From: Mobula hypostoma
Lineage: Eukaryota
Reading direction: 5' to 3'
Assembly (NCBI RefSeq): GCF_963921235.1
Contig: NC_086108.1
Coordinates: 66,404,001 to 66,468,000, forward strand
DNA: 64,000 bases
The position numbers were made by a program, and so were the translations under genes. Below, piece by piece: positions 38,106-51,584 of the stretch (the stretch's first letter is position 1; each line of letters begins with the position of its first letter). Below the pieces are notes generated by a model that was not told where the DNA came from, did no database searches, and saw only the letters and a program-made list of their open reading frames with translations.

Positions 38106-41100
38106 TAGAACTGCAAGCAGAACGTCATTACTTCACCTTGCCTTAATAGACCAGGACAGCAAAGAAATTATTTATATAAAATTATTTATATATAGTGATT
38201 CTAAAAGAAAAAGAAAAAGATGTATGTTTGTAAACCAATTTGACAATAAATTCATAGTTAAACAATTGTGATATGTCACTGCTGATTTGCATATAATAAG
38301 GCCGTAAAACACTTTAGATTATTATTTCCCAGTGAGATTAGTTGAGGAAAACATATGGACCAAAACACAGTCAATAGGGTGCTTATTAGACCCCGAGAAT
38401 GCAAATGGACTTCAGATTAAGTTTTTAATTGGAAGATCTCTGGGTGTGCAGAACTGCATCTATATAGAAGTTTATGCAGGGAGAGGCAGGGACACAGATA
38501 AAATAGCACACAACTCATCCACACATTTGACCCTGTAAAAACCAACAAAGTTAAATTCCTTTCTCGTGGCTAAAAATGCAATTCTCTTTTTCAAAGGTTG
38601 AAATGCTGCCACTGAATACCCCTGGCTATTTTTCCAGATGAACGCTATGCATCCAAAGAAATCTTGCTTTACTGTATAATACTTAGGTTAACTGCCTTTA
38701 ATCTAGTTTGTCATGTGCAGCTGCTACAGAGGACTCAGGCTGGTTAAACGTTTGAAGTGCTGTGGAGACTGGACTGAGGGAGGGTTGGCTATGCTAGTCC
38801 ACTTCATCGTCTGAACAACTTTCGATTTTAATGGAAAAGGGAGCCAGCTGAGGGGTTTTCTCAGCAGCCTAACAAACTGGGATTCCTATGATAATTAGTT
38901 GTTTTTTTCTCTCTCTGGTCCTTGGGTTGAAGAACATTTTCAGTAAAACAGACTTGGGAATTTAATAGAAATGATTGCAATCCATTGACTTACATCTCTG
39001 AAGAAATCAGATTTTACTTCACAATATTATAATTTGAAACCTGCCTAGATAGGCTATATTCATTTTGATTTTATGCTCACAGAGGATGGATATTGCCAGC
39101 GAGAACTTGCTTGTGAAAGAATCATTGCCTTGATTCTAATAATTGTGTTGAGATTGGAAAATACAAACCAAAAGAGGCAAATAGGACACGTGAAGTTAGT
39201 GCAGTCACTATTCATCTTCCACTACATACTCTGTGACATAGGAGGACTTGTTGTCATTAGACAGAAAGTAGAAAAATATTCATTTCACTGTACTGCTAAC
39301 CCTTGCCCTACTGAGAACCTAAAATGAAAATAAACAAAAACATACAGCAGACTGATTTCATTATCAAATACTTGGCATTCTACTAAACTTCCTTGCACTG
39401 CCTTTTTGGCAGACACCAACAGTGGGAAGCTATGTTTACAAGTAATAATTGGATAACACATGGAAATTTTTATTGCTTCAGGCAATGTTGTTATAAGGGT
39501 CTTGTAAAAGAGAAGATGGGATGACATCTTTTAGGAGGGCACTTTTATTAGGGAGACCCTGAACAGCAAAGAATACAATTTCAGTATTTAGACGGTCTTA
39601 ATGATCAGTACCATTAGGCTTTTCATCTTGTTGACCCCGAACATATTGGTATCCTCTCCCTGGCAACAGGGAATTGCTATTGACTAACACTAAAGATCCT
39701 ATATTCCTCTTACATATGCAAATCTGCACAACACAGACTGATCTGCAACAAAAGTCCAACTCCATTGATGAGTGTCTCTGGAGTAAAAGGACATCAATGC
39801 AATTCAGGGGAAGAGGACATACTGGTCTGTTCATCCTCACTTTGTGTCTGCTATACATTTCTGCAAGTTATTTTCTCCTTCTCTGTTAGGCCAAGTGGGA
39901 AAGTGACCTACTCCGTGGCCTCTACTGTGACTGCTACAAGAGGAGAGAGACTTCATTTACCATCTGTTTTTATTTTAGAAACTTTTTGTTGTTACATTTC
40001 TATGGGAAGGACTCTCAGGGGAAGTATGCTCCACCAGTCCATTCTTGCACTGCTACTCTGCCTAAGATAAGCCTTCATTAATAAATTCATGGAAAAGTTG
40101 CACAGTTCTTTATCACAATTTAAAGAAAAAATGTCTCAAGTGATTAATAAACTATTACTAGATGTTGAAAAATTTACTTTTAAGTTACTTAATTCAATAA
40201 AAAAAACTTATATTTGGAATAATATTCAGATTTATATTCAGATAATTAGAATGAGGAATAGGGGATTACCAGTTTTTTTTAAACCTTGACGCTTCCATCT
40301 TCCTTATCATCAGGATTGTAGGGGCCTCACTCAATCTTATCATCATAAACTCGACTAACATTCTGAGAGTTGTTTCAAGAAAGAGCATTTGAGTCAGAGT
40401 GTCCAGATTCACCTGGAAACCAGCACTGCCTGTTTCTCTGCCTGTTCTCATCATGCCTGAATTTTAAGGAAGCCCATGATCACTACAATATTTGGTATTG
40501 AAAAGTAAATGTCTGGGTGCCTTCAAAGGGATGAAAGGTTACCTTCTGCATTTCCAGCACATGAAAGCAAAGACTAAAGCCAACAATCCATATGAATGGC
40601 AAAATATTAAAGAACGACAAAGAGGCAGAGAGGCTGAAGGAGATAATTCCAGAAATTTGGTGTTGGTTCCCAATAAATGCAGCTTCCAAAGAGGAAGTGA
40701 TTATTTCAAAAGTGGTTCAAAGACCAGTATCCCAAGACTACAGATATCTCTGGCATTCTCAGGATAGAAGAAATTAGTATGATAGAGATGAGGCCAAGGA
40801 AGCTGTTGGAAACAAAAAAGAAATTTTTGAAATCAAGGAAGCCAGTACAGCTCAGTGAGCACAGCCGTGATGGCTAAACATGGTGTGAAAGATCAGACAG
40901 GTAAGTGGGCCGAAGCTAGAGGTCAAATCAATTGTGATCTTATTGAGTAGTGGAGTACGGCTATTGGTATTCCAATGCCTGATGTTTTTTTACTTATTAC
41001 TACATAGGTAATTTGGGCCTAATTTAGTAATTCAAATGGGTTGAAGACTGAAAAACTGAAGGATATATCATCAAGCCAGTAATTTTGGTACTGCTCATTA

Positions 41101-41384
41101 ATTGTTTAATTGTCCATTACCATTCCTTAAGGGATTTGGCAGGTCTAGAGATTTATCAAATCTGTTATCAGCCAATATTTCACAATCGGTTGCACATTTA
41201 TGAAATAAGTACCTTATTTTTAGATATAATGGGACTGTTGCACTATGCTTCACATTGAGTCAAGTTGGTTCTCTGTCTTCATGTTAATACTGAAGTGAGG
41301 AAAATGAGGGGCAATAGGTCAGAGATTGTTTGGCAGGTGGGGGAATATAACTATCCCAAGGCATCTCTTTAATGCTTAGCCTGT

Positions 41385-41515
41385 TTAAAGTTCAAAGTAA
41401 ATTAATAATTAAAGTGTATATATATGTCACTATATACAATGCAGAGATTCATTTTTGCAGGCATTCACAGTAAATACAAAGAGACACAATAGAATCTATG
41501 AAAGACAGCACATAA
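41385..41515 (-). mobile_element. Rex1-type 3' tail stub
   Basis: Reverse match to 27190-27310. Confidence 0.6.
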
Positions 41516-41819
41516 CAACTAAATCTATGCTTTCATTCCATACAGTCAGCGCAGTGGAATGGCCCAACAACATGAAGACATGTCGATGGTCCGAAAAAAT
41601 TATGATTTCTTCAAATACATTTTGCACTCTTCCTTGCCAGTACTCTCATGGACAGAATCTTCTGCAGCAATTATTGAGGAGAACTAGGTCAATCAGTATA
41701 TTTTCTCACATTGAGTTTTCAAAAACTCTGAAAACCAGTCCAGCAGAGATGTCTACCTGTACCTGGGCTGCTTAATCAGTAGTGATGCTGCTGAGGGACA
41801 CCAGATAGATTACAAATTG

Positions 41820-43040
41820 ATAGCATGGAGCATTTGAAAAGTTGGCTGAACTTAATGTGAATAAGTCATCAGGAATGGAAGAAATGCATCCTAGGATGCT
41901 GAGGGAGAAATAGGAGGAGATCATGGGAGTACTGACCATTATGTTTCAATCCTGATTTTAATACTGGAGCAAAGTCAGAGAACTGGAGAGTAGTAAATGT
42001 CACTCCCAGGCCAGCCAGTTCAGTGATGAGAAAGTTTTTAGGAACTTACTTTATATCCAGGATAGGACTAACAATCATCTAAATCAGGAGGTTCTCAACC
42101 TTGCGCTCACTGACCGCTTGCTTAGTGATATTGATCCATGGCATAAAAAAGGTTGGGAACCCCTGATCTAAAGTGGATTAATTAAGGTAAACCAGCATGG
42201 ATTTGCTGCAGGCAAATTGTATTTTACCAAGTTGATAGAATTTTGATGAAGTTCTGATGAGACTTCACAGAATTTCTGACGACAGATAGAACTGGTGTAT
42301 GTGAGCTTCCAGAAGGTTTTTTTATATGGTGCCATATAACAGACTTGCAGTAAAATTGAAGCACGTGGCATAAAAGATATATTAATAGCACAGATATGAA
42401 GGTGGATAAGTAATGGACAATTGGTTTTTTTTGGGTTAGAGGTAGATGTTTGTGCTGTTTTAATCTTTTAATCAGTATAAATGACCTATACTTGGGGTTC
42501 AAGTATGAATTGTGAAAAAGATATTGTTAACTTACAGATAGTGATATGGGCAGAAGTGAGTCCTGAAGATTAATATTGAGAATTCTTTGGGTTGCTGCTT
42601 ATCGGTAAGGAGAATGAAGAATGAAAAAAAATAGAGTACTCTTCAAAAAAAAATGTGGTACAGATGTAGGAGTCTGAGAACATGGTAGGGTGGGATGAGA
42701 AAGCTGTCAATAAATCATACTCAATTTTGGGCTTTAACAATGGAGTCATGGAGTACAAAAACAGGAAGGCCTCATCTGGAGAATTGTCCCACATTATAGA
42801 AAGGGTGGGGAGGAAGAATAAAATGCCCAGGAAAGATCTACAAGAATGGTTCCTCAGGTGAGTGACTACAATTACTTGGATAGATTAGAGAACCTGAGAC
42901 TGCTTGCTTAGGAGATGTGAAGGCCAAGGGGGTATTCAATTCAAGGAAATATCATTATTAGGGGTCTGGACACGGTGATAAATGAGAGGATGCTCCCTTT
43001 GATGGAAGAGTAAAGCGTTAGAGCTCGCCAGTATGAAATG
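41820..43040 (+). mobile_element. Old degraded CR1 ORF2
   Basis: MHPRMLRE, ENWRVVNVTP and NQHGFAAGK remnants. Confidence 0.7.
42085..42165. mobile_element. 81-bp hAT (Charlie/Buster-type) MITE
   Basis: TIRs caggaggttctcaacctt / aaggttgggaacccctg; 8-bp TA-centred TSD atctaaat (42077-42084) / atctaaag (42166-42173). Confidence 0.88.
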
Positions 43041-43049
43041 AAGAAAATT

Positions 43050-43450
43050 AAAAGTGATGAGAGTTAGCAGATTTAGGCCATTCAGCCCATTGAGACAACT
43101 CCACAATTCAATCACAGTTGATTTATTATCTAACTGAAACCCATTCTCATGACTTCTCCCCACAACCTTTGACATCCTTACAAACCAAAAACCTATTAAC
43201 CTCTGCTTTAAATATAATCAATATGACTTGGCCTCCACAGTCATCTGTGCAATGAATTCCATAGATTCACCAACCTCTGGCTAAAGAAATTCCCCCTTAT
43301 CTCTGTGTTAAAGGGCTGTCCTTCTATTGGAAACATCTTCTCCAAGTCCACTCTATCTAGGCCTTTCAATATTGAATATGTTTCAATGAGTTCCCCCCTC
43401 ATTCTTCTAAACTCCAGTGAGTACAGGCCCAGAGCCTTCAAGCACTCCTC
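43050..43450 (-). mobile_element. CR1 3' end followed by a degenerate PLE module (~43450-43525)
   Basis: LGLYSLEFRRMRGELIETY..LWNSL. Confidence 0.85.
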
Positions 43451-44144
43451 AGATGAAGAATCTCGACCCAAATATTAACTCCCCTTTTCACGCCACAGAA
43501 GCTGCTTGACCTGCCGAATTCCTCAATGATCAAATTGTGCATTTTGTTCTCTCATTTTTAAACTGTGATTATATCCATAATGAGCAAATGTCGAAATTTG
43601 TTTGCCATAGTTGAATTTCTAAACTGTTGTATTTCTTACCTGCTTGAAAAATCTTTTAAACATCTTTGGCTCAAAAGGATTTGATAGATACAATTAATCA
43701 GACCCTATCTAAATTGAGAAATGAATGTCAAGAAATTATGGCTAAGCTGTGGACAAATCAGTCAGAACAGCAGGAAAGTAATAATGTTTTAATTGTGGCA
43801 ATTTGCACAAGTCATGTACACATTTTTTATTTCAGAAGAGAGAACAGATTACGTAAACATTTTACTGCTTTCTCAGAACAATTTAACCATGCCATAAAAT
43901 TTGGACTGTGGAGTGTTTTAAATGACTAAATATAATATGGATATCATCTGCACTGTAGCTCCTGGAGCATGATTGGTTTGGTCTGCAGAATCTTCTGTAA
44001 AAACAGGTGAGTGTGGTGTCTAGGTTTGGATGAGTGGACAGGGTGGTCTAGGAGTGGCTGAGAGGGAAGTCCTAGAGACCAGGAACATTGCTGGTCGTAG
44101 GATCCCTCTCAATGATGTCAGGCCCTGTTTGCTGAACCATTGAT

Positions 44145-44272
44145 ATCAGGTTTGACAAACAATCTGCTGGAGGGACTCAGTGAGCCCAGGCGTTGTCAGC
44201 ATTTCAGGTTGAAACCCAAATGCATTAGATTATTTGCTGCTCCAGATTCCAGCATCTGCAGTCTCTTGTGCC
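44145..44272. mobile_element. Short degenerate PLE terminal remnant
   Basis: tgctggagggactcag..catttcaggttgaaaccc..ccagcatctgcag. Confidence 0.55.
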
Positions 44273-44299
44273 TCCACTGATATCCAGTTAGCATTTTTT

Positions 44300-45910
44300 A
44301 AGGGCACTATCTCCACATCTATCTCATTCAGCAACTTAGGGCAATTGTATCTAAACGTATCTGTAACTAAAGACGCCTTTAGTTTCTCTGATAATAGTTT
44401 TTTTTTGCTTTGAGTTTCTCATTTATTCACACTTGTGATCCTCCACTGTTTAAAGATTTTTTTGCATTTTCTTTTCTGATGACTCAAATATTTGTTTAAT
44501 TTCTCTTCTATTCCCTTGTATTCTAATATATTGTCTCCACATTTAGTCTGTAATATCAACCTTTGCAGATCTTTTTCCATTTTGCTCATTAATGCATGTT
44601 CTAACAGCTTGTATTTATGGTTCTTGCTTGCCTACTAACTTATGCTAGTTTCTTTTCCCTACCAATGCTCTACTCTTCTTTTGCTGAATTCTGAAACATT
44701 GATATACTTGCTGCTTTTTATTGGCAACATTTTAAGCCATTTTCTTTGATCTAATCCCTTTTTTAACTTCTTTTGATAGCCAAGGGTGGAACACTTTATT
44801 TCTTCGGTTATTGGTCCTTAAGGGATAACTGTATTGTAAACTATGTTTTAGTTCTTAAAAAGTTAGCTATTGCTTGTTTCTTGCCATTACTTTTAACACA
44901 ATTTCCCAGTCTACTGTCGATTTACCACCTTACCTTTGTTGTTTCCATTGCTTTCAAATTTAGTAGCCCAGATTCAGGTTGAACTAAATAATTTTCAACC
45001 TTTGTATAAAATTTCATCCCATTATGCTGTTCCAAATGCCCTTTAACTCCCAGATTATCAGTTAACCCTGTTCATTGCACAGTATGAACATTAGTATAGC
45101 CTGCTCCTTTTTTAGTTCCTCCACATACTTAGATAACCATTTCTTGTAAACTCCATGAATTTGTCTTCCAAGGCATTACAACTAATTCATTTTGCCCGGC
45201 CTAAATGCAGATTAAAATTTCCCATGGTTATTGTATTACCCATGTTACGTATGTTGTGACTTTGAATGACCCACATGGAGATTTGACCTGTAGATGTAAA
45301 AGATCTTTATTCTTCATGACATGGAAGAATTATAGAATTCTGAAAGAATCTCTTTTGCAAGAATCTTGCTGAAGTCAAAGTAGAAAACATTGTGGTTTTA
45401 TACTCTTCAAGCACAAATATGGTTACAGTTTCAACTTCAACTTTTAAAGTGTGGGCTTCATAGAATCACATATTTGTGATAAGAGCACATCTCAAGTGAT
45501 AAAAAAAACTCTGCCTATTCAAACATCTTTGTGGGAATCCAGACGCTCCAAATAGCCTTCCTTTATATTAAGAGAAGGCTTGCTCTGGAGACAGTCGTGT
45601 GTATTCAAGGTTACCCTTGCCTGAGACTGAAGGCTGGTTCTTGGTTGTATTAACTGGCTACTATACCCATAACTCCTGAAGGATGTCACCTATCCAACAA
45701 TTCCTACGGCAGGCACTGTGATTTATGTAATGCCCTATGTTATCATTACTTTCTGGAGTCTACATGCAACTTTTACCAATCCTGTCATTATCCTTGACTG
45801 TCAGACTCAGGTTATCATTATTCATTCTCCTACCTTGCACTATTGATGTGTCATTTCTCTGTAGGTTGTTAATTTCTCCTCACCTGAATCTGCTGCACAT
45901 AATTTAAAGC
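44300..45910 (-). mobile_element. Old CR1 ORF2 5' region, interrupted by a putative solo LTR
   Basis: Decayed similarity to 57000-58300, including an N.GNFN endonuclease motif near 45215-45240. Confidence 0.55.
45252..45699 (-). mobile_element. Putative solo LTR
   Basis: TGTTG...CAACA termini. On the minus strand TATAAAA (~45400) precedes AATAAA (~45308), the U3-R-U5 order. No clear TSD. Confidence 0.5.
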
Positions 45911-45911
45911 T

Positions 45912-46455
45912 ACATAGAGTCATATAGTCATATAGGCACAGAAACAGGCCCTTTGATCCATCTAATGCATGCCGAAAACATTTAAACTGCCTACTCCCAT
46001 TGATCTGCACCGGGAGCATAGCTCTTCCATACCCCTACCATCCATGTACCTATCCAAACATCACTTAAACATTGAAATCAAGAGCATTTCACACTCTCAT
46101 GACCCTCTGAGTGAAGAAGTTACCTCTCATGTTCCCATTAAACTTTTCACCTTTCACCCTTAACCCAAGACCTCTGAGTGTAGTCCCACCTAACCTCAGT
46201 GAAAAAAGCCAGCTTGCATATACCCTACCTATACCCCTCATAATTTTGTATACCTCTATCAAATCTCCCCTCAATCTTCTACATTCTAAAGAATAAAGTC
46301 CTAAACTATTCAATCTTTCCTTATAACTCAGGTCCTCCAGACCCGGCAACAAACTTGTAAATTTTCTCTGTACACTTTCAACCTTATTTAACAGCTTTCC
46401 TGTAGGCAGGTGACCAAAAACTAAACACAATACTCCAAACTAGGCCTCACCACAA
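45912..46455 (-). mobile_element. CR1 3' end
   Basis: VQRKFTSLLPGLEDLSYKERLNSLGLYSLE..NFFTQRV. Confidence 0.9.
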
Positions 46456-46596
46456 TAGCACTAGTTACTTAACTGGCCAGGACACTGGTTTCAGTTTGAT
46501 TCAAGTGAAGCCTAGCCTAATGAAATGGTTCCCTCTTTCCAGGACTATTGTCTGCACCCCGTGGATCCCATTCCTTCTGCACCAGTGCTTGAGCTA

Positions 46597-46880
46597 TGCT
46601 TACTGACTTGCTGCCCCTTACGCTGCTGGTGCTTAGGGCAACGATGAAGGTCCTTCATCTCTGTCTGTCCTTGACCATCTCTATTGTGCCCCAGGTGTGG
46701 TTCAGGGTCCTCATTTCTGCACCAAGCTGCCTTTGGTTGCCCACATTTTCTCCCCCCTTCTCCCCCCAGGGTCCGGTGAAGTGCTGTCTTGATGATGGAG
46801 TTGGCCTCGCTTCTCATCACGCGCCCAATCCATCTCCAACGTTTCCTCATGATGATTGTGACCATGTCCTCTTCCTCTTG
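46597..46880 (-). mobile_element. RTE-clade LINE 3' end
   Basis: RKRWRWIGRVMR..IIKTALH..GGRKCGQPK, an RTE C-terminal signature. Confidence 0.75.
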
Positions 46881-46884
46881 GTAA

Positions 46885-47042
46885 CAAGAACACATGGATA
46901 TTTGGTCTGAACAACAACTTAGCCTCTTGACCATGTCTGCATGCTTTTATGCACTGAGTTGCTGCCACATGATTGGCCAATTAGATATTTACATTAATGA
47001 GCAGGTACACAGGTGTACCTAATAAAGTGGCCAATGAGTGTA
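46885..47042 (-). mobile_element. Tc1-like element end (same family as 20105-20690 and 62378-62910)
   Basis: gagttgctgccacatgattggc..gtacctaataaagtggccaatgagtgta. Confidence 0.75.
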
Positions 47043-47244
47043 GAGGAAAACTGGTGCATGATGGAGCAGACTCAAGAGGCCGAATGGCCTTCTTCTGGTC
47101 CTATTTCTGATATTCTCAGAGGCTTGGGAGAAATATTATTTGAACCAGTGCTCTGTTGCACTGCATATGCACTGTACAAATTGAGGGATTTACTGGCTGC
47201 CTGAGCCATCGTCTGTTAATTTGTCTAGGTCTGCAGTTGTTAGG

Positions 47245-48262
47245 TATATTTTTATAATGTATGTCAATGATTTGGACTACGGGATTAATGGATTTGTGGC
47301 TAGATATGCTGATGATGCAAAGACAGGTGGAGGAGTGGGTAGTGTTGAGGAAACAGAGAGCCTGCAGAGAGATTTAGATGGTTTAGGGGAATGGGCAAAG
47401 AAGTGGCAAGTGAAATACAATGTTGAAAAGTGTATGGTCATGCACTTTGGTGGAATAAATAAACGGGCAGACTATTACTTAGATGGGGAGAGAATTCAAA
47501 GTGCAGAGGTGCAAAGGGACTCGGCAGTCCTTGTGCAAGATACCCTAAAGGTTAACCTCCAGGATGAATCGGTGATGAAGAAGGTGAATGCAATGTTTGG
47601 CATTCATTTCTAGAGGCATAGAATATAAGAGCAGGGATGTGATGTTGAGGCTCTATAAGGCACACGTGAGACCACACTTGGAGTATTGTGTGCAGTTTGG
47701 GGCTCTTTATATTAGAAAGGATATACTGACATTGGAGAGGGTTCGGAAAAGATTCATGAGAATGATACCAGGAATGAAAGGGTTACCATATGAGAAACGT
47801 CTGGCAGCTCTTAGGCTGTATTCCCTGGAGTTCAGGAGAGGGAGGAGGGATTTCATAGAAACATTCTGAATATTAAAATCCCTGAACAGATTAGATATGG
47901 CAAAGTTATTTCCCATGGTAGAGGAGTCTAGGACAAGAGGGCACTACTTCAGGATTGAAGGATGTCGATTTAGAACAGAGATGCATTCACCAGCAACTTT
48001 GATGTGTGTTGCAGAGAAATTACTTTAGTCAGAGGGTGGTAAATTTGTGCAATTTGTTGCCATGAGCAGCTGTGGCCAAGTCATTGGGTGCATTTAAGGC
48101 AGGGATAGATAGGTTCGTGATTAGCCAGAGCATCAAAGGGTATGGGATGAAAGCAAGAGAGAGGGGATGAATAGAAGAATTGTATCAGCCCATGATACTA
48201 TGGTGGAGCAGTCTCAATGGGCCAAATGGCCTACTTCTGCTCCTATATCTTATGGTTTTATA
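47245..48262 (+). mobile_element. CR1 ORF2 3' half
   Basis: YVNDLD..YADDAK..LAFISRGIEYKS..RPHLEYCVQF, then a CR1 tail. Confidence 0.9.
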
Positions 48263-50254
48263 TCTCACTGATGAAACTGAGTCAGGAATTTTACATAATA
48301 CCCAATAAAACAAAGCACCTTGTAAATTTGGGTGCTCTGGATGTTCTGCTTTTGTTGTTCATTCACTTCCCATAGCAACGTTTGTGTCTAAACTAACAAA
48401 TGATCAATATTATTTGTTTCACATACATTATAATTTTTTACTGCCTCATAGATTATCAATAAGAAAAAAAGCAAATTTTTAACAAATTCTATTTTGCTTG
48501 CTATGGATAGTGGTAGGATTGAAGCAATTTACAATGCCATTAATCAATTAGAGCTGAGCTCAGAATTATATAGTTCTTATCTTGACCTGGAATGCCAGAT
48601 TACAGATTTCTCTTACCTCTTGATTATGCGGAAACATCACAGATTCACAAGTGGTAGCAGCCCTCTTGCACAATGCATAAATTATCATTTTCACACATGA
48701 AACACGATTGATGATCAAGCCATATCAAAGTTCTTTACTCCTCACTTACAGCTGTGTTGTAAAATTTACAACAGAGGTCAACAGAGGCAAACACAGATGA
48801 GAGCATGGAATGATTTTTTTGCCTTCCTTAACCGAGGTCAATGAAACCAAATATACTGCCCTTATTATCACCTTGGCTGAGATCAGCCAGGTGAACTATA
48901 TATCTCAGTTCCATACTAAACAGACACAGTATCCAGGCCATTAATCTGTACTTAAATAACCAGAGCTTATCCTGTCTCCTAGGCAAAATGTCAGAATATC
49001 ACTGTAACCCAATAGAGTTGTCAGTACCATTTTGCTGAATCAGACAATTTATAAATACATTTCACATTAGTTGGAGCTCAATGGCTGCTGACCTAAGATC
49101 AACCAAATCATTTGTTTCTGTATTTATCTAACATGCAGACATTTTAGTTCCTTTTTTTCTATATTAACAGAATGGTTTATATTTATTTCAGAATGTCCAT
49201 ATAACAGTGCGACCCTAATCATTGGTCGCACTATTACAAGCAATCACTCTAACTGCGGCATCATAATTCCCTCTACAGTTAAAACATGTTTTTAAGTATC
49301 AAATGTTTGATATTTAGAAATAAAAAATTGTTCAAATGTGCAATAAATATTCATAAGTTACATCTGTATCCATGAGTGAACTTTATTTGCACAACTAAAT
49401 CTGGATTTTCTTTATGGATGTTTAGTCGTAAATGAAGGATTACTAATGCCTGCAGAATTATAAAACAAAGGGCAATAAACCATGTTTGTATTAATTGCAA
49501 GCACGGATGATTTTTCAAGTTACTGTAGCAATGTCTAGCAAAGGGATCTGCTTTTAATAAATGCAGAACGTTATAGACTTAGCTGTGATTAGTGAAACAT
49601 CCTGTATTGTGATCATATTCTTTTTGTTACTGATGAACTTCAAAGTTTACAGAAACATCTTGTGATCAGTTATATTTGCCTTTAAAGCTTTGAAACTCCA
49701 ACAAATGTTAACCTCCATGTGGGTGAGCGTATGCAGCCTTGGGCACTTTTTTTAAACGGACATCCTTTGCCCTACAGAAGATCTGATACTTTGATTTCTA
49801 CCACATGTGTGGTATGATAAACTGTGGGAGGGATTTTTTGTTATACTGCACAGATGCATGATAACATCCATGTGGTAACATAATGACAGCATTCTCTTTC
49901 ACTTCTTTTCACCCCTTCCCATGAAGTTCACTGCTGGCTACAATTTCACTTGAATAAATCTGTGTTTGGCTGTGAATATGAACAAATTTACACCAAACAA
50001 TGAAGTTGTGTCATAAGGCGATCGATTTTTAAGAAAAAAGTCCCAATAAATGAAAATGGTGTATGGTAGAAAACAATATTTTGTGAATTTTAATACATTA
50101 CAAACATTGAGGGGAGAACTAATCTATTTTTAGTGACCTTGAATATAAACAGTTTATTGAACAAAATTAAATCACTGCAGTATTTCAAGCACCAGTGTGT
50201 TACACAATGAGTACTCTCCTCCAGACATTTGCAGGAAAATTTATATCATTTAAT

Positions 50255-50900
50255 ACTACAGAATAGAAGGTGGCCATTTGACCCACTATGCCTGTACTGT
50301 GTATTTCAAAGATTTATCCAATCTGTCCCATCCCTCTTGTGTATTCCCCATAGGCCTCCACACAGTTTCTTTATAGTAATAATTAATTCCCTTATGCAGT
50401 CACTTTGTATTCATACTCACTAACTTACAGGAAGTGTACTTCAAACTTATGTACCTGTATGAAAAGATTAACCCTCACTTTGCCTCCAGATTTTCCACCA
50501 ATTATTTTGACTATCATAACAGTTTATAAATTTAAATATTCAATCAATTCCCAGCATCTCCAGTCCATTCCAAGTAACTGATCTCTTTTCCCAAGCACAT
50601 AATTTTGGTAAATTTCTTCTGTGGCATCTTCAATCCAATGTTCTTCGTAAAGGGTGTTATCCAAAATTATGCATAAAATCTCCTGTGGTTGTAAACGAAT
50701 CATTTGGATTGTAGGGTAATCCACAATTTCTAGCATTTCCTTGTGCAAATGCCACCGAAGTCAAAATTCCCGAGTGATTGCAGACATCCCAGTTTGGTAG
50801 TCATCACTTTCCTGACAGTCCTCTTGTATTGGATTAATATCCTGCTGTGGAGTTAGATTGATTTTTAAAAGTTTTTTACATGTTGTTGTGTGACAGATAT
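50255..50900 (-). mobile_element. Very old CR1 3' remnant
   Basis: Tail ggtggccatttgacccact and the frame FWITPFTKNI..QKKFTKIM, equivalent to CR1 FWSP..RKDI..QRRFTRM. Confidence 0.5.
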
Positions 50901-51584
50901 GTTCAGTAGCATTGGAAGCTCTTGATAAGTTTGACAGCCAGTTATAACAGAGGCAGGTTTTACCAGATGTCAGATCTTTCATAAGCTGTTTCAGGGGTTG
51001 TCTTTAACCAGATGAGAAGAGTAAACTGATGATAGAGGCTTGTTGTGAGAAGTAATTCACAGCTCTGATTTACTTATGCCACAACACCTAAATGTATTCA
51101 AAGGCCCTTTCTATACTTCACTGATCTAATGTTCAAGAGACTGAAATTCCAGGTCATAGAGAGTTGTGTGTGGACAAATAGTGACAAGTCCAGAGTGTCA
51201 GAGGGGTTAATAAGAGTGGAAATAGGAGGGTGACAGCACCTCTAACAGAAAGATAGGGGTGGGTGCTGTTATCAACTGCTCTGGGCTTCTGCATGGGGTT
51301 GGGTGGCTGTGGTTACTGCAGTGAGGATGAAGTCTTTGTCTTAATGCAAACCCATCTCAAGCCAGCCACCACAAAGAACCAAATTCCATTCCTTATACCT
51401 AATTATTGCTTTCATGTGAGAGCCTGCATAAGTGGTCTGTGCTGTCCACACACATTAAGACAAGTGTGCTGCGAGCCCCGAGATCTCAACAGTTCATATG
51501 CTTGCATGCACTTAAACCTGGAGCACCACTATTTCAAAAGGAAAATTACCCCAGACTTTGAGAAGTTTACAGTCGCAGGTTGAA

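Noticed and set aside
40270..40456. Minus-strand exon candidate with protein-like frame ending GPYNPDDKEDGSVK
   Set aside because: Two in-frame TGA stops, a weak donor and no recognisable homologue or SECIS evidence.
50524..50982. Two in-frame minus-strand ORFs (73 and 74 aa) that look like a pseudogene or viral relic
   Set aside because: An alternative frame and the adjacent tail match a very old CR1 3' end, so the openness is probably incidental.
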